Below the pieces are notes generated by a model. The model was given only the letters and a program-made list of their open reading frames with translations. It did not search any database and was not told the DNA's origin. Below, in pieces: positions 18,301 to 27,596 of a stretch of DNA of 64,000 bases. The position numbers and the translations under genes were made by a program. Source of the DNA: Desulfobacterales bacterium (lineage in GTDB: Bacteria > Desulfobacterota > Desulfobacteria > Desulfobacterales > UBA2245); NCBI GenBank assembly GCA_040771865.1, contig JAXGZF010000012.1, positions 1 to 64,000 of the forward strand. Reading direction: 5' to 3'. Position 1 is the stretch's first letter. Every line of letters begins with the position of its first letter.

Positions 18301-19246
18301 TGACTACCGGTTTCAAATTTCGGGCGACAATTTTCAGGCCGTCAATCTTCCCGAGCTTCAACTTCGGGTCAAGCCCGACCTTCGGGTTCATGGAACCGTC
18401 GAAAAGGTGAATATCGAAGGCGAGGTGACGGTTGCCGATGCGCTGGTCTCCGAGCGCCGGACCGAGGCGCCGGTAGTTGTGAGCGAGGACGCGCAGATCG
18501 TCGATGAAACGCTTTTCCCGGAAGAACGGATACCCCTCGACATCGAGGCGAAAGTCAAAGTGATTCTGGGTGATCATGTTCTGGTCAAGGCAGCCGGGGT
18601 GGATGCGAGGCTGAACGGAAATGCGATCGTGGCGATTCAGGGGACGGACGATATCACGGCGACCGGAGAGATCAGCGTGGCGAAGGGAGCCTATGCCGCT
18701 TACGGTGTCAAGCTCAATATCGAGCGGGGCAGGGTGATTTTTGCAGGGCCGATGGATCAGGCGGCATTGGACGTGCTGGCCATCAGAACCGTCGGCGAGG
18801 TTCGGGCCGGGGTCCTGGTCTCAGGAACCGCCCGGAAGCCGGTGGTCAAGCTGTATTCCAGTCCGGCCATGTCCGACACGGACGTGCTGGCCTATGTGGT
18901 TCTGGGTCGTCCCATAGGACAGAACGGGGGCCAGATTGATCTGCTCATGGCGGCTGCACGGGCCCTGCTTTCGAAGGGCGAGTCGGCGGCATTTCAGGAC
19001 CGTCTTCAGCGGCGCCTGGGCTTGGATGTGATCGAGATTCAGGGCGGAAGCGGGGATGTCGCCGCCTCCATGGTCACCGTCGGAAAGTATCTCAGTCCGA
19101 AACTCTATATCAGCCTCGGTCATGCCCTGTTTACGGGCGCCAATGAGTTCCGCGTGCGCTATTCCATTTCCGAGTCCTGGGAGGCGGAATCTAATTTCGG
19201 CACCCAGAGCGGGGCGGATCTGTTTTACAAGGTTGAATTCAAATGA
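15344..19246 (+). CDS. tamB: Translocation/assembly module TamB
   Basis: 1300 aa with an N-terminal anchor and C-terminal 'VGKYLSPKLYIS...GADLFYKVEF'. Overlaps tamA. Confidence 0.9.
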   Translation: MVKRIAIITAALTLLAAAGAGIGLRWVFGTSRGLFWVMETLSRLTSVQISAEHIDGCLGCETIGLKALRVKWPGGSAMVDSAGLRWTPADLIRGRLHIDSIDLNRVAVKLPKTRKTESSGFAWPKATGPALRLEADIRSLKISELDLETDGQPVRVDDFSARLSWKQGVLSAVDLVAGMPEVQVRGQIAAGFVKPALDLKAKTVLSRPVAGFDAFLIDAKIKEGEKTGAFPGALNLIAIADDVSKMKVSAELSLLENGLEIFEARITRPGEGTIGIQGKLDWDPLYLDMRAGIRDLNLFPETGVVTALNGTLEVQGAPSSWRGHFSLQNQVESWRRAEASAGFTGSLSQITLTDVKGRWLDGTLAGSLAVDWNRRRVETVLKGRNLDPSGAASRWNGRVNLDLSGYLVQPESGPVQAEIQAKLLESVFMGKSLTGTVDARIDGDRVDIRQLDASGEGFRVSAAGKLDERLNLNIRLDDLGLWVEEARGKVVADGWIRRLNEWIGGEFRARGEALFFQGLSIDSLSLTAGRADPRGGFTLKAGAANILYRKNRLESCELGLKGQLEDHRGNLNLRWPAGNLRLKAAGGFQDRAWSGYVHDLSLRGAVLGDWALEDPVKIRAGATEVSVSRTRLLSSGRESAVLDGTYSRLSGQGFVNLKWQDLNLARLDAWAAPLSVGGKSSGAFHGTLKPEGNSRMEGALEASGTLAAEKFPSSAFSASAQIRWNEEGLAAGTRIRLGEGMEMTAGFTGPAPTGFEPPEQVRIDVRWQGVDLSMARPWLSEAFDAEGRLSGDISGTWFSNQVLDLSGNAALEAGRISFTAPEAGIISAELQTARLNWQWRKDHLSGDIQLTLADYGHARAGFQIPVPAAVPVRFNADLPFEATLSCGMKEQGILSAIFPGLIQESQGDLNLNAEIGGTLESPKYFGVFELDHAGAYFPAAGIQIQDAGLKSRFSEDRLVIESLFLSSGKGRLQGEGEVRLDHWRIGDYRFQISGDNFQAVNLPELQLRVKPDLRVHGTVEKVNIEGEVTVADALVSERRTEAPVVVSEDAQIVDETLFPEERIPLDIEAKVKVILGDHVLVKAAGVDARLNGNAIVAIQGTDDITATGEISVAKGAYAAYGVKLNIERGRVIFAGPMDQAALDVLAIRTVGEVRAGVLVSGTARKPVVKLYSSPAMSDTDVLAYVVLGRPIGQNGGQIDLLMAAARALLSKGESAAFQDRLQRRLGLDVIEIQGGSGDVAASMVTVGKYLSPKLYISLGHALFTGANEFRVRYSISESWEAESNFGTQSGADLFYKVEFK

Positions 19247-19259
19247 CGCTTTTCGATTG

Positions 19260-20051
19260 CTATGGCCGCATCTGATACAGGGTCAGCAGAATTTCGACTA
19301 AAATGAGAACGACAATGTACCATTCCACTCGAAGGGAACGCCGGTTCTGCAGGAGGGACAGCAGGGTCGCGGCGGTTCGGGAGATCAGATCCAGTTTGCG
19401 TTCGATGGCAAGGTTGCGTTCGCTGAGTTCATATTCATCGGCCAGCCGGGCGTACAGTCTTTCAAGTTCCGGATAATACCAGAGAAGTTCCGGTTTTTCG
19501 GTCACCTGAACGCGGGCGACCATGCGTCCCTGTATGGAAAGCGTGTCTCCGATATGGCGTATCAGGGCCCGGCTTCCGGGTCCTGGACGGCCAGAACGCT
19601 GAAGGGTTTCCGCCAGGGGTTCGATGCGGCCGAAGCCGGCGTCCACGCTGGTTTCGTAAAAATCAAGAACCACGCTCTTGGCCAGGGCCTCGGCGACGAG
19701 CTGAAGCCGCTCGATGCTCAGGCTGCGTAAAACAGCCACGCCGGCGTCGATTCCCTCCTCCGCGGATTCATCCGTCTTCAGAACGATCTCTTCGGTGTGA
19801 ACGGACTCATAGGGTCTTGTGGTCAGCGGCTTCAGCAGTTCCAGAAAGCGCTTTTCCAGATCCTCGGAAAGGCCGAAAAAAACCGTGACGCCGTATCGGA
19901 ACAGTGCTGCGCAGCCGGTGCCGGTTTCCACGACCAGGGGGTTGGCGGCCAAGCGCCGGTTTTTTTCAAAATCACGCAGGTCGAGGCGTTCGCCGAGAAG
20001 CACGGCCTTGACCCGCATTGTATCGGCTTTTTCAAAGGGGTTGTCGGTCAT
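19260..20051 (-). CDS. RMD1/DUF155 family protein
   Basis: 'LFRYGVTVFFG', 'KPELLW..PELERLY..L.DEYEL.ER', 'RVEWYIVVLILVEI'. Confidence 0.85.
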   Translation of the reverse strand: MTDNPFEKADTMRVKAVLLGERLDLRDFEKNRRLAANPLVVETGTGCAALFRYGVTVFFGLSEDLEKRFLELLKPLTTRPYESVHTEEIVLKTDESAEEGIDAGVAVLRSLSIERLQLVAEALAKSVVLDFYETSVDAGFGRIEPLAETLQRSGRPGPGSRALIRHIGDTLSIQGRMVARVQVTEKPELLWYYPELERLYARLADEYELSERNLAIERKLDLISRTAATLLSLLQNRRSLRVEWYIVVLILVEILLTLYQMRP

Positions 20052-20205
20052 CGTTTTTCCGTCTGCAAAAAAATACGGTTGCAATGTCCGATAGATATAA
20101 TAGGAATATCTTGCAGCGTCAACCGCCCGGAAGTAAAATCATCCAGGCATTTTCAAAGGGGCGCGTACCCCTTGCATGCCGCGATGTTCGAAAAAGGAGG
20201 ATTTG

Positions 20206-20829
20206 ATGGACACGCACTCAACGATCTGTTTTCTGGGGGCTTCGGTACTGCTGACCCTGGCGCCCGGTCCGGACAATATTTTTGTGGTGACCCAGGGCAT
20301 TTCCCGGGGCAGGAAAGCGGCCGTCATAACAGCCCTGGGCATGTGCAGCGGCCTCAGCGTTCATACTACGGCGGCGGCCCTGGGAATTTCAGCGATTTTT
20401 TATTCATCGGCGCTGGCCTTCTGCGCGGTGAAATATGCCGGAGCGGCCTACCTGATGTATCTGGCCTGGAAGGCGATTCAGGACCGCAACGCCTTGAAAT
20501 TAAACAATACCGTTAACCGGCTGAGCGGATTTGCCCTGTTCCGGCGCGGTTTTATCATGAACACGCTCAATCCCAAGGTGGCTCTGTTCTTTCTGGCGTT
20601 TCTGCCCCAGTTTGTCTCCGGAAACTCGCAGCATGTCGTGATGGAAATGATTTTTCTGGGACTGATCTTCATGGTTCAGTCGGTGGTGATTTTTACCGCC
20701 ATCGGCGTGCTTTCGGGACAGATTGGAAATTATCTGTTAAAAAAACCAAGACTTGCAAGAAAGTTTTCATGGGCGACGGCGGGGATTTTCGCCGCGATCG
20801 GAGTTCGTCTGGCGCTGGCCGAGAGGTAA
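20206..20829 (+). CDS. LysE/RhtB family amino-acid exporter
   Basis: 'PGPDN', 'KYAGAAYL.YL', 'LNPKVALFFLAFLPQF'; AGGAGG RBS. Confidence 0.92.
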   Translation: MDTHSTICFLGASVLLTLAPGPDNIFVVTQGISRGRKAAVITALGMCSGLSVHTTAAALGISAIFYSSALAFCAVKYAGAAYLMYLAWKAIQDRNALKLNNTVNRLSGFALFRRGFIMNTLNPKVALFFLAFLPQFVSGNSQHVVMEMIFLGLIFMVQSVVIFTAIGVLSGQIGNYLLKKPRLARKFSWATAGIFAAIGVRLALAER

Positions 20830-20908
20830 TTCTGAAAACCTGCGCCTGAGGCTGTCATTTGCTATCGGTTTGCACATATGTTCTGAACATTTTACCAGGA
20901 GGGTTTCG

Positions 20909-21631
20909 ATGAACAACGACCGAGGCGGCATCGGTTCCGCGTTTGTTTTAGGAGTACTTCTGTGCGTTGGCCTGGCGCTGCTGGGATATTTTGTTTCCGG
21001 CGGCATCATTCGAATCCGGGCATTGGACCGGACGGTGGAGGTCAAGGGACTTTCCGAGCGGGAGGTTCCTGCCGACATCGCCATATGGCCGATCCGGTTC
21101 AACGAGGCGGATAACGATCTGAACCTTCTTTTTTTGACCCTGGAGCAGAAAAACGCCGCCATCGAGGCGTTTCTCAAGAAGCGCGGATTCAAGGAAGATG
21201 AGATTTCCATCTCGGCGCCGGCGATTCAGGACCGGCAGGCTCAGGGATATTCGGACGCCCAGATCAAGTTTCGATATTCGGGCGCTTCGACCCTGACGGT
21301 TTACACCCGGAACGTCGATTCCGTACGAAATGCCATGAAGGATATGGTGGAACTGGGCAAGCAGGGCATTGCCATCGCCGGACAGGACTACGATGCGAAA
21401 ACCGAATACCTGTTTACCCGGTTGAACGACATCAAGCCGGAAATGGTGGAAGAGGCCACCAAGAACGCCCGGCTTGTGGCTGAAAAATTTGCCAGGGATT
21501 CGCAAAGCGGGCTTGGAAAAATCAAGCGGGCCGTTCAGGGACAGTTTTCCATCGACGACCGGGACAGCAACACCCCTCATATCAAGAAGGTGCGGGTGGT
21601 TTCGACTTTGGAATATTATCTGACCGATTAG
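20909..21631 (+). CDS. SIMPL (DUF541) domain protein
   Basis: N-terminal TM segment, 'VEVKGLSEREV.AD.AIWP', 'A.QGQFSI.DRD...KKVRVV'. Confidence 0.85.
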   Translation: MNNDRGGIGSAFVLGVLLCVGLALLGYFVSGGIIRIRALDRTVEVKGLSEREVPADIAIWPIRFNEADNDLNLLFLTLEQKNAAIEAFLKKRGFKEDEISISAPAIQDRQAQGYSDAQIKFRYSGASTLTVYTRNVDSVRNAMKDMVELGKQGIAIAGQDYDAKTEYLFTRLNDIKPEMVEEATKNARLVAEKFARDSQSGLGKIKRAVQGQFSIDDRDSNTPHIKKVRVVSTLEYYLTD

Positions 21632-21690
21632 CGGATTGCCGAAAAACCGCGTTTTGCCGTCTTTGTCATTTGTAACTGTTCGGAGGATCG

Positions 21691-23697
21691 ATGGAATCAA
21701 CCCGCTCCAAGGGCTGCGGAAAAAGCCCTTCTGCATTGCTGATCGCCGTTCTGCTGGCAGTCATGACCCTGGCGGCTTACTGGCCGGTCAGGGGACACGA
21801 TTTTCTGGACTACGATGACGATCTTTATGTAACCGCCAACCGCCATGTCCGTCAGGGACTGACCTGGGATAACGTTTCCTGGGCGTTTCGTGCCGGCCAT
21901 GCCAAGAACTGGCATCCTGTGGCCTGGATTTCCCACATGGCCGACGTCGAGCTCTTCGGCATGGAGGCAGGGGCGCATCATTGGATCAATGTGGCGTTTC
22001 ATGTCCTCAACGTTCTGCTTCTGTTTTATTTTCTGCGCAAGACAACGGGTTTTATGTGGCGCAGCGCTTTTGTGGCGGCGTTTTTTGCCCTGCATCCTCT
22101 GCATGTGGAGTCCGTGGCATGGATCGCCGAGCGGAAGGATCTGCTCTGCGCGTTTTTCTGGATACTGACCATGATCGCTTATGCCGAGTATGCCCGGCGG
22201 CCGGGATTGCGGCGGTACGGGGCGGTGGTTGCCTTCTTCATTCTGGCCCTGATGTCCAAGCCCATGGCGGTAACCCTGCCCTTTGCGCTGATTCTGGTGG
22301 ATCTCTGGCCCCTGCAACGCTTTTCATTTCAGGATCCGGGCCGCGGATTTTCCTGGCGTCTTCTGCGGGAAAAGGTTCCCCTGATGGGTCTTTCGGCGGC
22401 ATCCTGCCTGATTACCTATCTGGTGCAGGAAAGCGGGGGGGCTGTCGGAACCCTCGGCGCTTATCCGCTTGGCGGGCGGTTTGCCAATGCGCTGGTTTCC
22501 TACGTCCGGTACATGGCAAAGATGTTTATGCCCGCGGATCTTACGGTGTTTTATCCGTATTCCGAACAGATTTCCGCATGGCAGACGGCCGGCGCGGCAA
22601 TATTTCTCATCGCCATTACCCTTTCGGCGGCGCTTTTGATCAAACGGCGGCCATGGTTCGCCTCAGGCTGGTTCTGGTATCTCGGAACCTTGGTTCCGGT
22701 GATCGGACTGGTCCAGATTGGCTTGCAGTCCCATGCGGACCGGTATACCTACATTCCGCTGATCGGGCTTTTTGTCATTCCGGTCTGGGCGGTGTCGGAA
22801 TTTTCGAAGAATCGCCCCTTTCTGAGAAACCTGTCTTTTGCAGCAGGTCTGGCCGCAGTGGCGCTGCTCGGTTTCTCAAGCTATTGTCAAACCGCTTACT
22901 GGAAGGACACGCGGACGCTTTTTACGCGCGCCCTGGCGGTCACCGAAAACAACTTCGTGGCCCACAACGCCCTGGGCCTCATCGAGGCCCGCAAGGGCAA
23001 CCGGGCTGAGGCTGCGGCGCATTATCAACAATCCCTGAAGGCCAAACCGGACTACGCCTCCGCCCATAACAATCTTGGACTGGTCCTGGCCGAACAGGGC
23101 ATGACCGAGCAGGCGGTTTTTCACTTTAACGAGGTCGTTCGCAATGATTCGAAATTCAGCAGGGCGCATAACAATCTGGGGGCCGCCCTCATGCGGCAGA
23201 ATAAAATCGACGAGGCCATGGTCCAATTCCGGCGTGCGATCGACATGGATCCGGAATTTCCGGAAGCCCATAACAATTTGGGAAACGCTTTGGTCAAAAA
23301 AGGAAAAATCTATGAGGCCATTGAGAACTACCGCCGGGCCGTGAAGATTGAGCCATCGCTGGTCATGTCCCATTACAATCTGGGTAACGCCCTGGCGGCG
23401 GCGGGCGATCTGGGCGGGGCTCTTGGCGCATATTTCGAGACCCTTCGATTGGATCCGGATTTTACAAGGGTTCACAACAACCTGGGTACGGTTCTGGCGC
23501 GCAAGGGTGATTTTGAAGGGGCCGTTAAACACTTCCAGCTGGCGGTTCAATATTTTCCGAAGGATGCATCGGCCCGGAAGAATCTTGAAAAAGCGCTGAA
23601 GATCAGGGAAAGTCAGGATAAGCCTGAAATGATCGGATCCAAAACAGAGCGAGTCCATCCATCCGATGAGAACCGGGTAAGAACCGGGGACCCATAA
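21691..23697 (+). CDS. TMTC-like GT-C membrane glycosyltransferase with C-terminal TPR repeats
   Basis: 'F.DYDD..YV..N', 'HPLHVESVAWIAERKD', 'ADRYTYIP' and repeated 'AHNNLG' TPRs. Confidence 0.85.
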   Translation: MESTRSKGCGKSPSALLIAVLLAVMTLAAYWPVRGHDFLDYDDDLYVTANRHVRQGLTWDNVSWAFRAGHAKNWHPVAWISHMADVELFGMEAGAHHWINVAFHVLNVLLLFYFLRKTTGFMWRSAFVAAFFALHPLHVESVAWIAERKDLLCAFFWILTMIAYAEYARRPGLRRYGAVVAFFILALMSKPMAVTLPFALILVDLWPLQRFSFQDPGRGFSWRLLREKVPLMGLSAASCLITYLVQESGGAVGTLGAYPLGGRFANALVSYVRYMAKMFMPADLTVFYPYSEQISAWQTAGAAIFLIAITLSAALLIKRRPWFASGWFWYLGTLVPVIGLVQIGLQSHADRYTYIPLIGLFVIPVWAVSEFSKNRPFLRNLSFAAGLAAVALLGFSSYCQTAYWKDTRTLFTRALAVTENNFVAHNALGLIEARKGNRAEAAAHYQQSLKAKPDYASAHNNLGLVLAEQGMTEQAVFHFNEVVRNDSKFSRAHNNLGAALMRQNKIDEAMVQFRRAIDMDPEFPEAHNNLGNALVKKGKIYEAIENYRRAVKIEPSLVMSHYNLGNALAAAGDLGGALGAYFETLRLDPDFTRVHNNLGTVLARKGDFEGAVKHFQLAVQYFPKDASARKNLEKALKIRESQDKPEMIGSKTERVHPSDENRVRTGDP

Positions 23698-23832
23698 GCT
23701 TGCCGGAACACAGAGCGTCCTTGACAAAATTCCCCGGCTTCGGTACTTGGCGGATCAGGACCGATTTTGCGGGGCCGTGCGGGCTTCTCTGCAAATGGGC
23801 CAGATTCAAACAGACAGCGAACGGAGGCCGGA

Positions 23833-25635
23833 GTGGCAAATAAACAGCTGATGATGGGAAATGAGGCCATTGCCCGGGGGCTGATTGAAAACGGATGCGC
23901 CATGGCGACCTCCTATCCGGGTACGCCGGCATCCGAAATTCTGTCGTCCACGGCCGAAATCGAGAAAGAATTCAAAACCGGCATGCATGTTCAGTGGTCG
24001 GTCAACGAAAAGGTGGCCTTGGAAATCGCGTATGCCGGCTGCCAGGCCGGGTTGCGGACTGCGGTGAGCATGAAGCAGGTGGGGCTGAACGTGGCTTTGG
24101 ATCCTCTGATGAGCGCGGCCTACATGGGTGCAAAAGGCGGTTTTGTCGTGATCAGCGCGGATGACCCCGGCCCGCATTCTTCCCAGACCGAGCAGGACAG
24201 CCGCCTCATGGCCATGGCGGCCCGAATTCCGGTTCTGGATCCGGACTCTCCCCGGCAGGCAAAAGAAATGGTCGGGGCGGCCTTTCAGATTTCCGAGGCA
24301 TTCGGCATTCCCGTCATGCTGCGGCCCACCACAAGGGTCTGCCATGCCCGCCAGGATGTCGCGCCCGGCGAGGCCATGAACCTGAAAAGGCAGCCCGCGT
24401 TTGAAAAAGACCCGGCCCGCTGGGCCGCCACTCCGAAGTTCCGTCTGAAACTGCACGGGGACCTGGAGAAGAAACTGTCCGAAATTGCGGCCTACGCGCC
24501 GACCGTGCCGGTGAGGTTGAATGCCGGATTCCAAAGGCGCGCAAGGGCCGTGGTTGCGTCCGGCGTGGCTGCGGCCCATCTCAAGGAGATCGCATTCGAT
24601 CCGGGCCTGGAGGATCGGTTCGACCTGTATCAGGTGCTTCAGCCGTTTCCCCTGCATGCGGAATTCATCGAAGAAATGGGGCATTATGACGCGGTGCTGG
24701 TGATCGAGGAAACCGAACCGGTGATTGAAATGCAGCTGGCCGACCGAAGACGTGTTCAGGGAAAACTTTTCGGGCCTGTGTCCCGGGTCGGAGAGCTTCT
24801 GCCGGAAGGAATCGAATCCATTGTTAAGGGATTCTGCGAAATTCCTTCAAATCCGCGCACGGCCCCTGCCGGCGGAAGACGTCCGACCCTGTGTGCGGGA
24901 TGTCCGCACCGGGCGAGCTTTTTCGCCATTAAAAAAGCCGCTCCCCACGGAATCTATACCGGCGATATCGGCTGCTACACCCTGGGGCTCAACCTCGGAG
25001 CCGTGGACACCGTGCTGTGCATGGGCGCGGCCATCAGCCAGGCCGCCGGGTTTTACCACGCATACAAAAGCGCGGAAAAACCGCCGGACATCGTGGCCGC
25101 CATCGGGGACTCGACCTTTTTCCATGCCGGCGTTCCGGCCCTGATCGACGCGAAGGCCCAGAATGCAGGCATTGCGCTGGTGATTCTGGACAACCGGACA
25201 ACGGCCATGACCGGCGGCCAGCCCACACCGGCGTCCCAATGCGGCGCAACGGGCAGGGCGCTGTCTCCGGTCGCGATCGAACCGCTGGTAAAAGGCTGCG
25301 GTGTAGAATTCTGCAGGACCGTGGATCCGTATCGGGTCGATGAAACCATCGAAGCGCTCAAAGATGCCCTGAAATTCTGCCGCACAAACGGGCCGGCCGT
25401 GGTGGTGGCTCGAAGATCCTGCCTGCTCGAGCGCGGGCCGGAGGCGGAAGCTGAAAGAGTCCGGATTCCGGTGATTGTGTCGGATGCCTGCGACGGCTGC
25501 GGATACTGCATCAAACATTTCGAGTGTCCGGCACTTGTAATGTACGAAAAAAGGGTTTCAATAGATCCTGCGGCCTGCACCCAATGCGGGGTCTGCCTGA
25601 GCGTATGCCCCAAACACTGCATCTGTCCGGCTTGA
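23833..25635 (+). CDS. iorA: Indolepyruvate:ferredoxin oxidoreductase alpha subunit
   Basis: 'GNEAIARG', 'YPGTP.SE', 'NEKVA', 'SSQTEQD', 'LCAGCPHR', 'GDIGCY', 'IGDSTFFH' and a C-terminal 2x[4Fe-4S] domain. Confidence 0.92.
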   Translation: MANKQLMMGNEAIARGLIENGCAMATSYPGTPASEILSSTAEIEKEFKTGMHVQWSVNEKVALEIAYAGCQAGLRTAVSMKQVGLNVALDPLMSAAYMGAKGGFVVISADDPGPHSSQTEQDSRLMAMAARIPVLDPDSPRQAKEMVGAAFQISEAFGIPVMLRPTTRVCHARQDVAPGEAMNLKRQPAFEKDPARWAATPKFRLKLHGDLEKKLSEIAAYAPTVPVRLNAGFQRRARAVVASGVAAAHLKEIAFDPGLEDRFDLYQVLQPFPLHAEFIEEMGHYDAVLVIEETEPVIEMQLADRRRVQGKLFGPVSRVGELLPEGIESIVKGFCEIPSNPRTAPAGGRRPTLCAGCPHRASFFAIKKAAPHGIYTGDIGCYTLGLNLGAVDTVLCMGAAISQAAGFYHAYKSAEKPPDIVAAIGDSTFFHAGVPALIDAKAQNAGIALVILDNRTTAMTGGQPTPASQCGATGRALSPVAIEPLVKGCGVEFCRTVDPYRVDETIEALKDALKFCRTNGPAVVVARRSCLLERGPEAEAERVRIPVIVSDACDGCGYCIKHFECPALVMYEKRVSIDPAACTQCGVCLSVCPKHCICPA

Positions 25636-25663
25636 TTCCGGGCGCATCGAAGGAGAAGCAATC

Positions 25664-26227
25664 ATGAATCAATCGGCGGACCAGCAGATTATCGTCAGCG
25701 GGCTGGGAGGGCAGGGCGTGCTTCTGGTTTCCCGCGTCCTGGCCGAATGCGCCATGATGAAAGGGCTGCCGGTTCTGACCTCCGAGGACCACGGCATGGC
25801 ACAGCGAGGCGGAACGGTTGTTTCCCATATCAAGGTGGGCCGGTTTTCAAGTCCTCTGATCCGTCCGGATCAGGCCGCCGGCATGATTGTCCTGGCCTCC
25901 GAGAACCTTCCCCTTCATTACCATTTTGTCGGACCCGGCGGGTGGATAGCATTCAACAGCGCGGCTTCGGGCGGGAATTACCGCGACCGGAACCTGTTTG
26001 TCGTGGATGCCGATGTGCTGTGTCGGAGAATCGGCCAGCCCCGGGCACTGAATATGGTCATGCTGGGGTTTGTGCTGGGAAAATCAGGCCGGAACGAATT
26101 TTCTACCGCTTTTTTCTGCACCATGGCGGACGTGCGCGCCGCGGTTCGTGAGCGATTGCCTGAAAAACTTGCGTCAGCGGCGATTCCGGCTCTGGAATGC
26201 GGATATGAGGCGGCGATCGGGAGTTAA
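25664..26227 (+). CDS. iorB: Indolepyruvate oxidoreductase beta subunit
   Basis: 'GLGGQG', 'HGMAQRGG.V', 'NMVMLG'; follows iorA. Confidence 0.88.
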   Translation: MNQSADQQIIVSGLGGQGVLLVSRVLAECAMMKGLPVLTSEDHGMAQRGGTVVSHIKVGRFSSPLIRPDQAAGMIVLASENLPLHYHFVGPGGWIAFNSAASGGNYRDRNLFVVDADVLCRRIGQPRALNMVMLGFVLGKSGRNEFSTAFFCTMADVRAAVRERLPEKLASAAIPALECGYEAAIGS

Positions 26228-26240
26228 AATCCCTTCCGCC

Positions 26241-27239
26241 TTATCCACCCACGGACGACATGATGGCGCCCACCTGATGCCATCTGTCGGTTTCCACCTG
26301 ATGATTTTTCGGTTTCATGCGCACCGCCGCCTTGAAGATTTCCGCCAGATCCTCATCCAGAAGTCCCTTGCGTAATGCGGCCCGAATATCCAGGAACTTG
26401 TCGGAAAACAGGCAGGGCCGAAGCTGGCCGCTTGCCGTCAGGCGAAGCCGGTTGCAGCAATGGCAGAAACGGTGGCTGATCGCGCCGATAATGCCGATCT
26501 GGCCCATGGCGCCTTCAAACCGGAAGCGGTCCGCAGGGCCGTCGGAAGCCTCGTGGGGCACGGGAATCAATTGGCCCAGAACCTGAATGCGGTTCATGAT
26601 TCCCTCGACCGGAAGATGCTGGGCGAATGTCGTTCTGGACGAGCCGACCGGCATGTACTCGATGAACCGGACATGAAACGGGTATTGGAAGGACAGTCCG
26701 GCCAGATCGGCCAGTTCTTCGTCATTGATGCCGTTTAAGGCCACCACGTTGATCTTGATGGGTGAAAACCCCATTTCATGGGCAAGAAGAATGGCCTCCC
26801 AGACGTCGTCGAACCGGTCAAATCCCGTGATATTGTGAAATTTCCGGGAATCGAGCGTGTCCAGGCTGATGTTGAGCCGTCGAATGCCCGCGTTTCTGAT
26901 CTCGGAAAGATAGTTTTTGAGCATCACCCCGTTGGTGGTCAGGGAGATGTCGGAAAGCCCCTGAATCTCAGTCAACCCGTACAGAAAATCAATGACGCTC
27001 CTGCGCACCAGAGGTTCTCCCCCGGTGACGCGAACCTTGCTGACGCCCAGGCGCGCAGCGATTCTCACCAGCCTCAGAAATTCCTCGTGGCGCAGCACCT
27101 CCGAATGCCTCAGCATGGCGATGCTGTTCGCCGGACGGCAGTAGACGCACCGCAGGTTGCAGCGGTCCGTGACGGACAGGCGCAGGTAGTTGATGGGACG
27201 CTGAAAATCGTCGATCAGTTGTTCTGTGTTCAGGAGCAT
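26241..27239 (-). CDS. moaA: GTP 3',8-cyclase (molybdenum cofactor biosynthesis)
   Basis: 'YLRLSVTDRCNLRCVYC', 'FC..CNRLRLTA.G.L.PCL', C-terminal GG. Confidence 0.96.
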   Translation of the reverse strand: MLLNTEQLIDDFQRPINYLRLSVTDRCNLRCVYCRPANSIAMLRHSEVLRHEEFLRLVRIAARLGVSKVRVTGGEPLVRRSVIDFLYGLTEIQGLSDISLTTNGVMLKNYLSEIRNAGIRRLNISLDTLDSRKFHNITGFDRFDDVWEAILLAHEMGFSPIKINVVALNGINDEELADLAGLSFQYPFHVRFIEYMPVGSSRTTFAQHLPVEGIMNRIQVLGQLIPVPHEASDGPADRFRFEGAMGQIGIIGAISHRFCHCCNRLRLTASGQLRPCLFSDKFLDIRAALRKGLLDEDLAEIFKAAVRMKPKNHQVETDRWHQVGAIMSSVGG

Positions 27240-27414
27240 GAACCCTCTTCGTTATTCAGGTAAACTGGTTTTTCAGACCCGCGAAGTCTGGTTATTCAAA
27301 CCTCATTTTTCAAAAATGTCAAGGCTCATGCCGTTTATTTATGTCAAATTTGACCCAAAAAGCGAACCGGCCTGAAATCGCGCCGATTATATTGCCAATT
27401 AAAATATTAAATCA

Positions 27415-27443
27415 TTGACTATCTCATAATATATATGTAAAAT
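27415..27443 (+). promoter_or_regulatory. Near-consensus sigma70 promoter upstream of the KamA-family gene
   Basis: TTGACT (27415-27420), 17 nt, TAAAAT (27438-27443). Confidence 0.65.
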
Positions 27444-27596
27444 TATAACCATTCAAGCATGATGATTTCTGAAAAAATCTCCGGCGCCCGAGACGCCCCA
27501 TCCGTTTGCATTGCTGTGTTGATGCCGCTTTTATCTTTTTGATTTCCGGGTGATTGCTGATTCAGGGCGCCCATGCAGGGAAAAGGGAGGAAGGTT

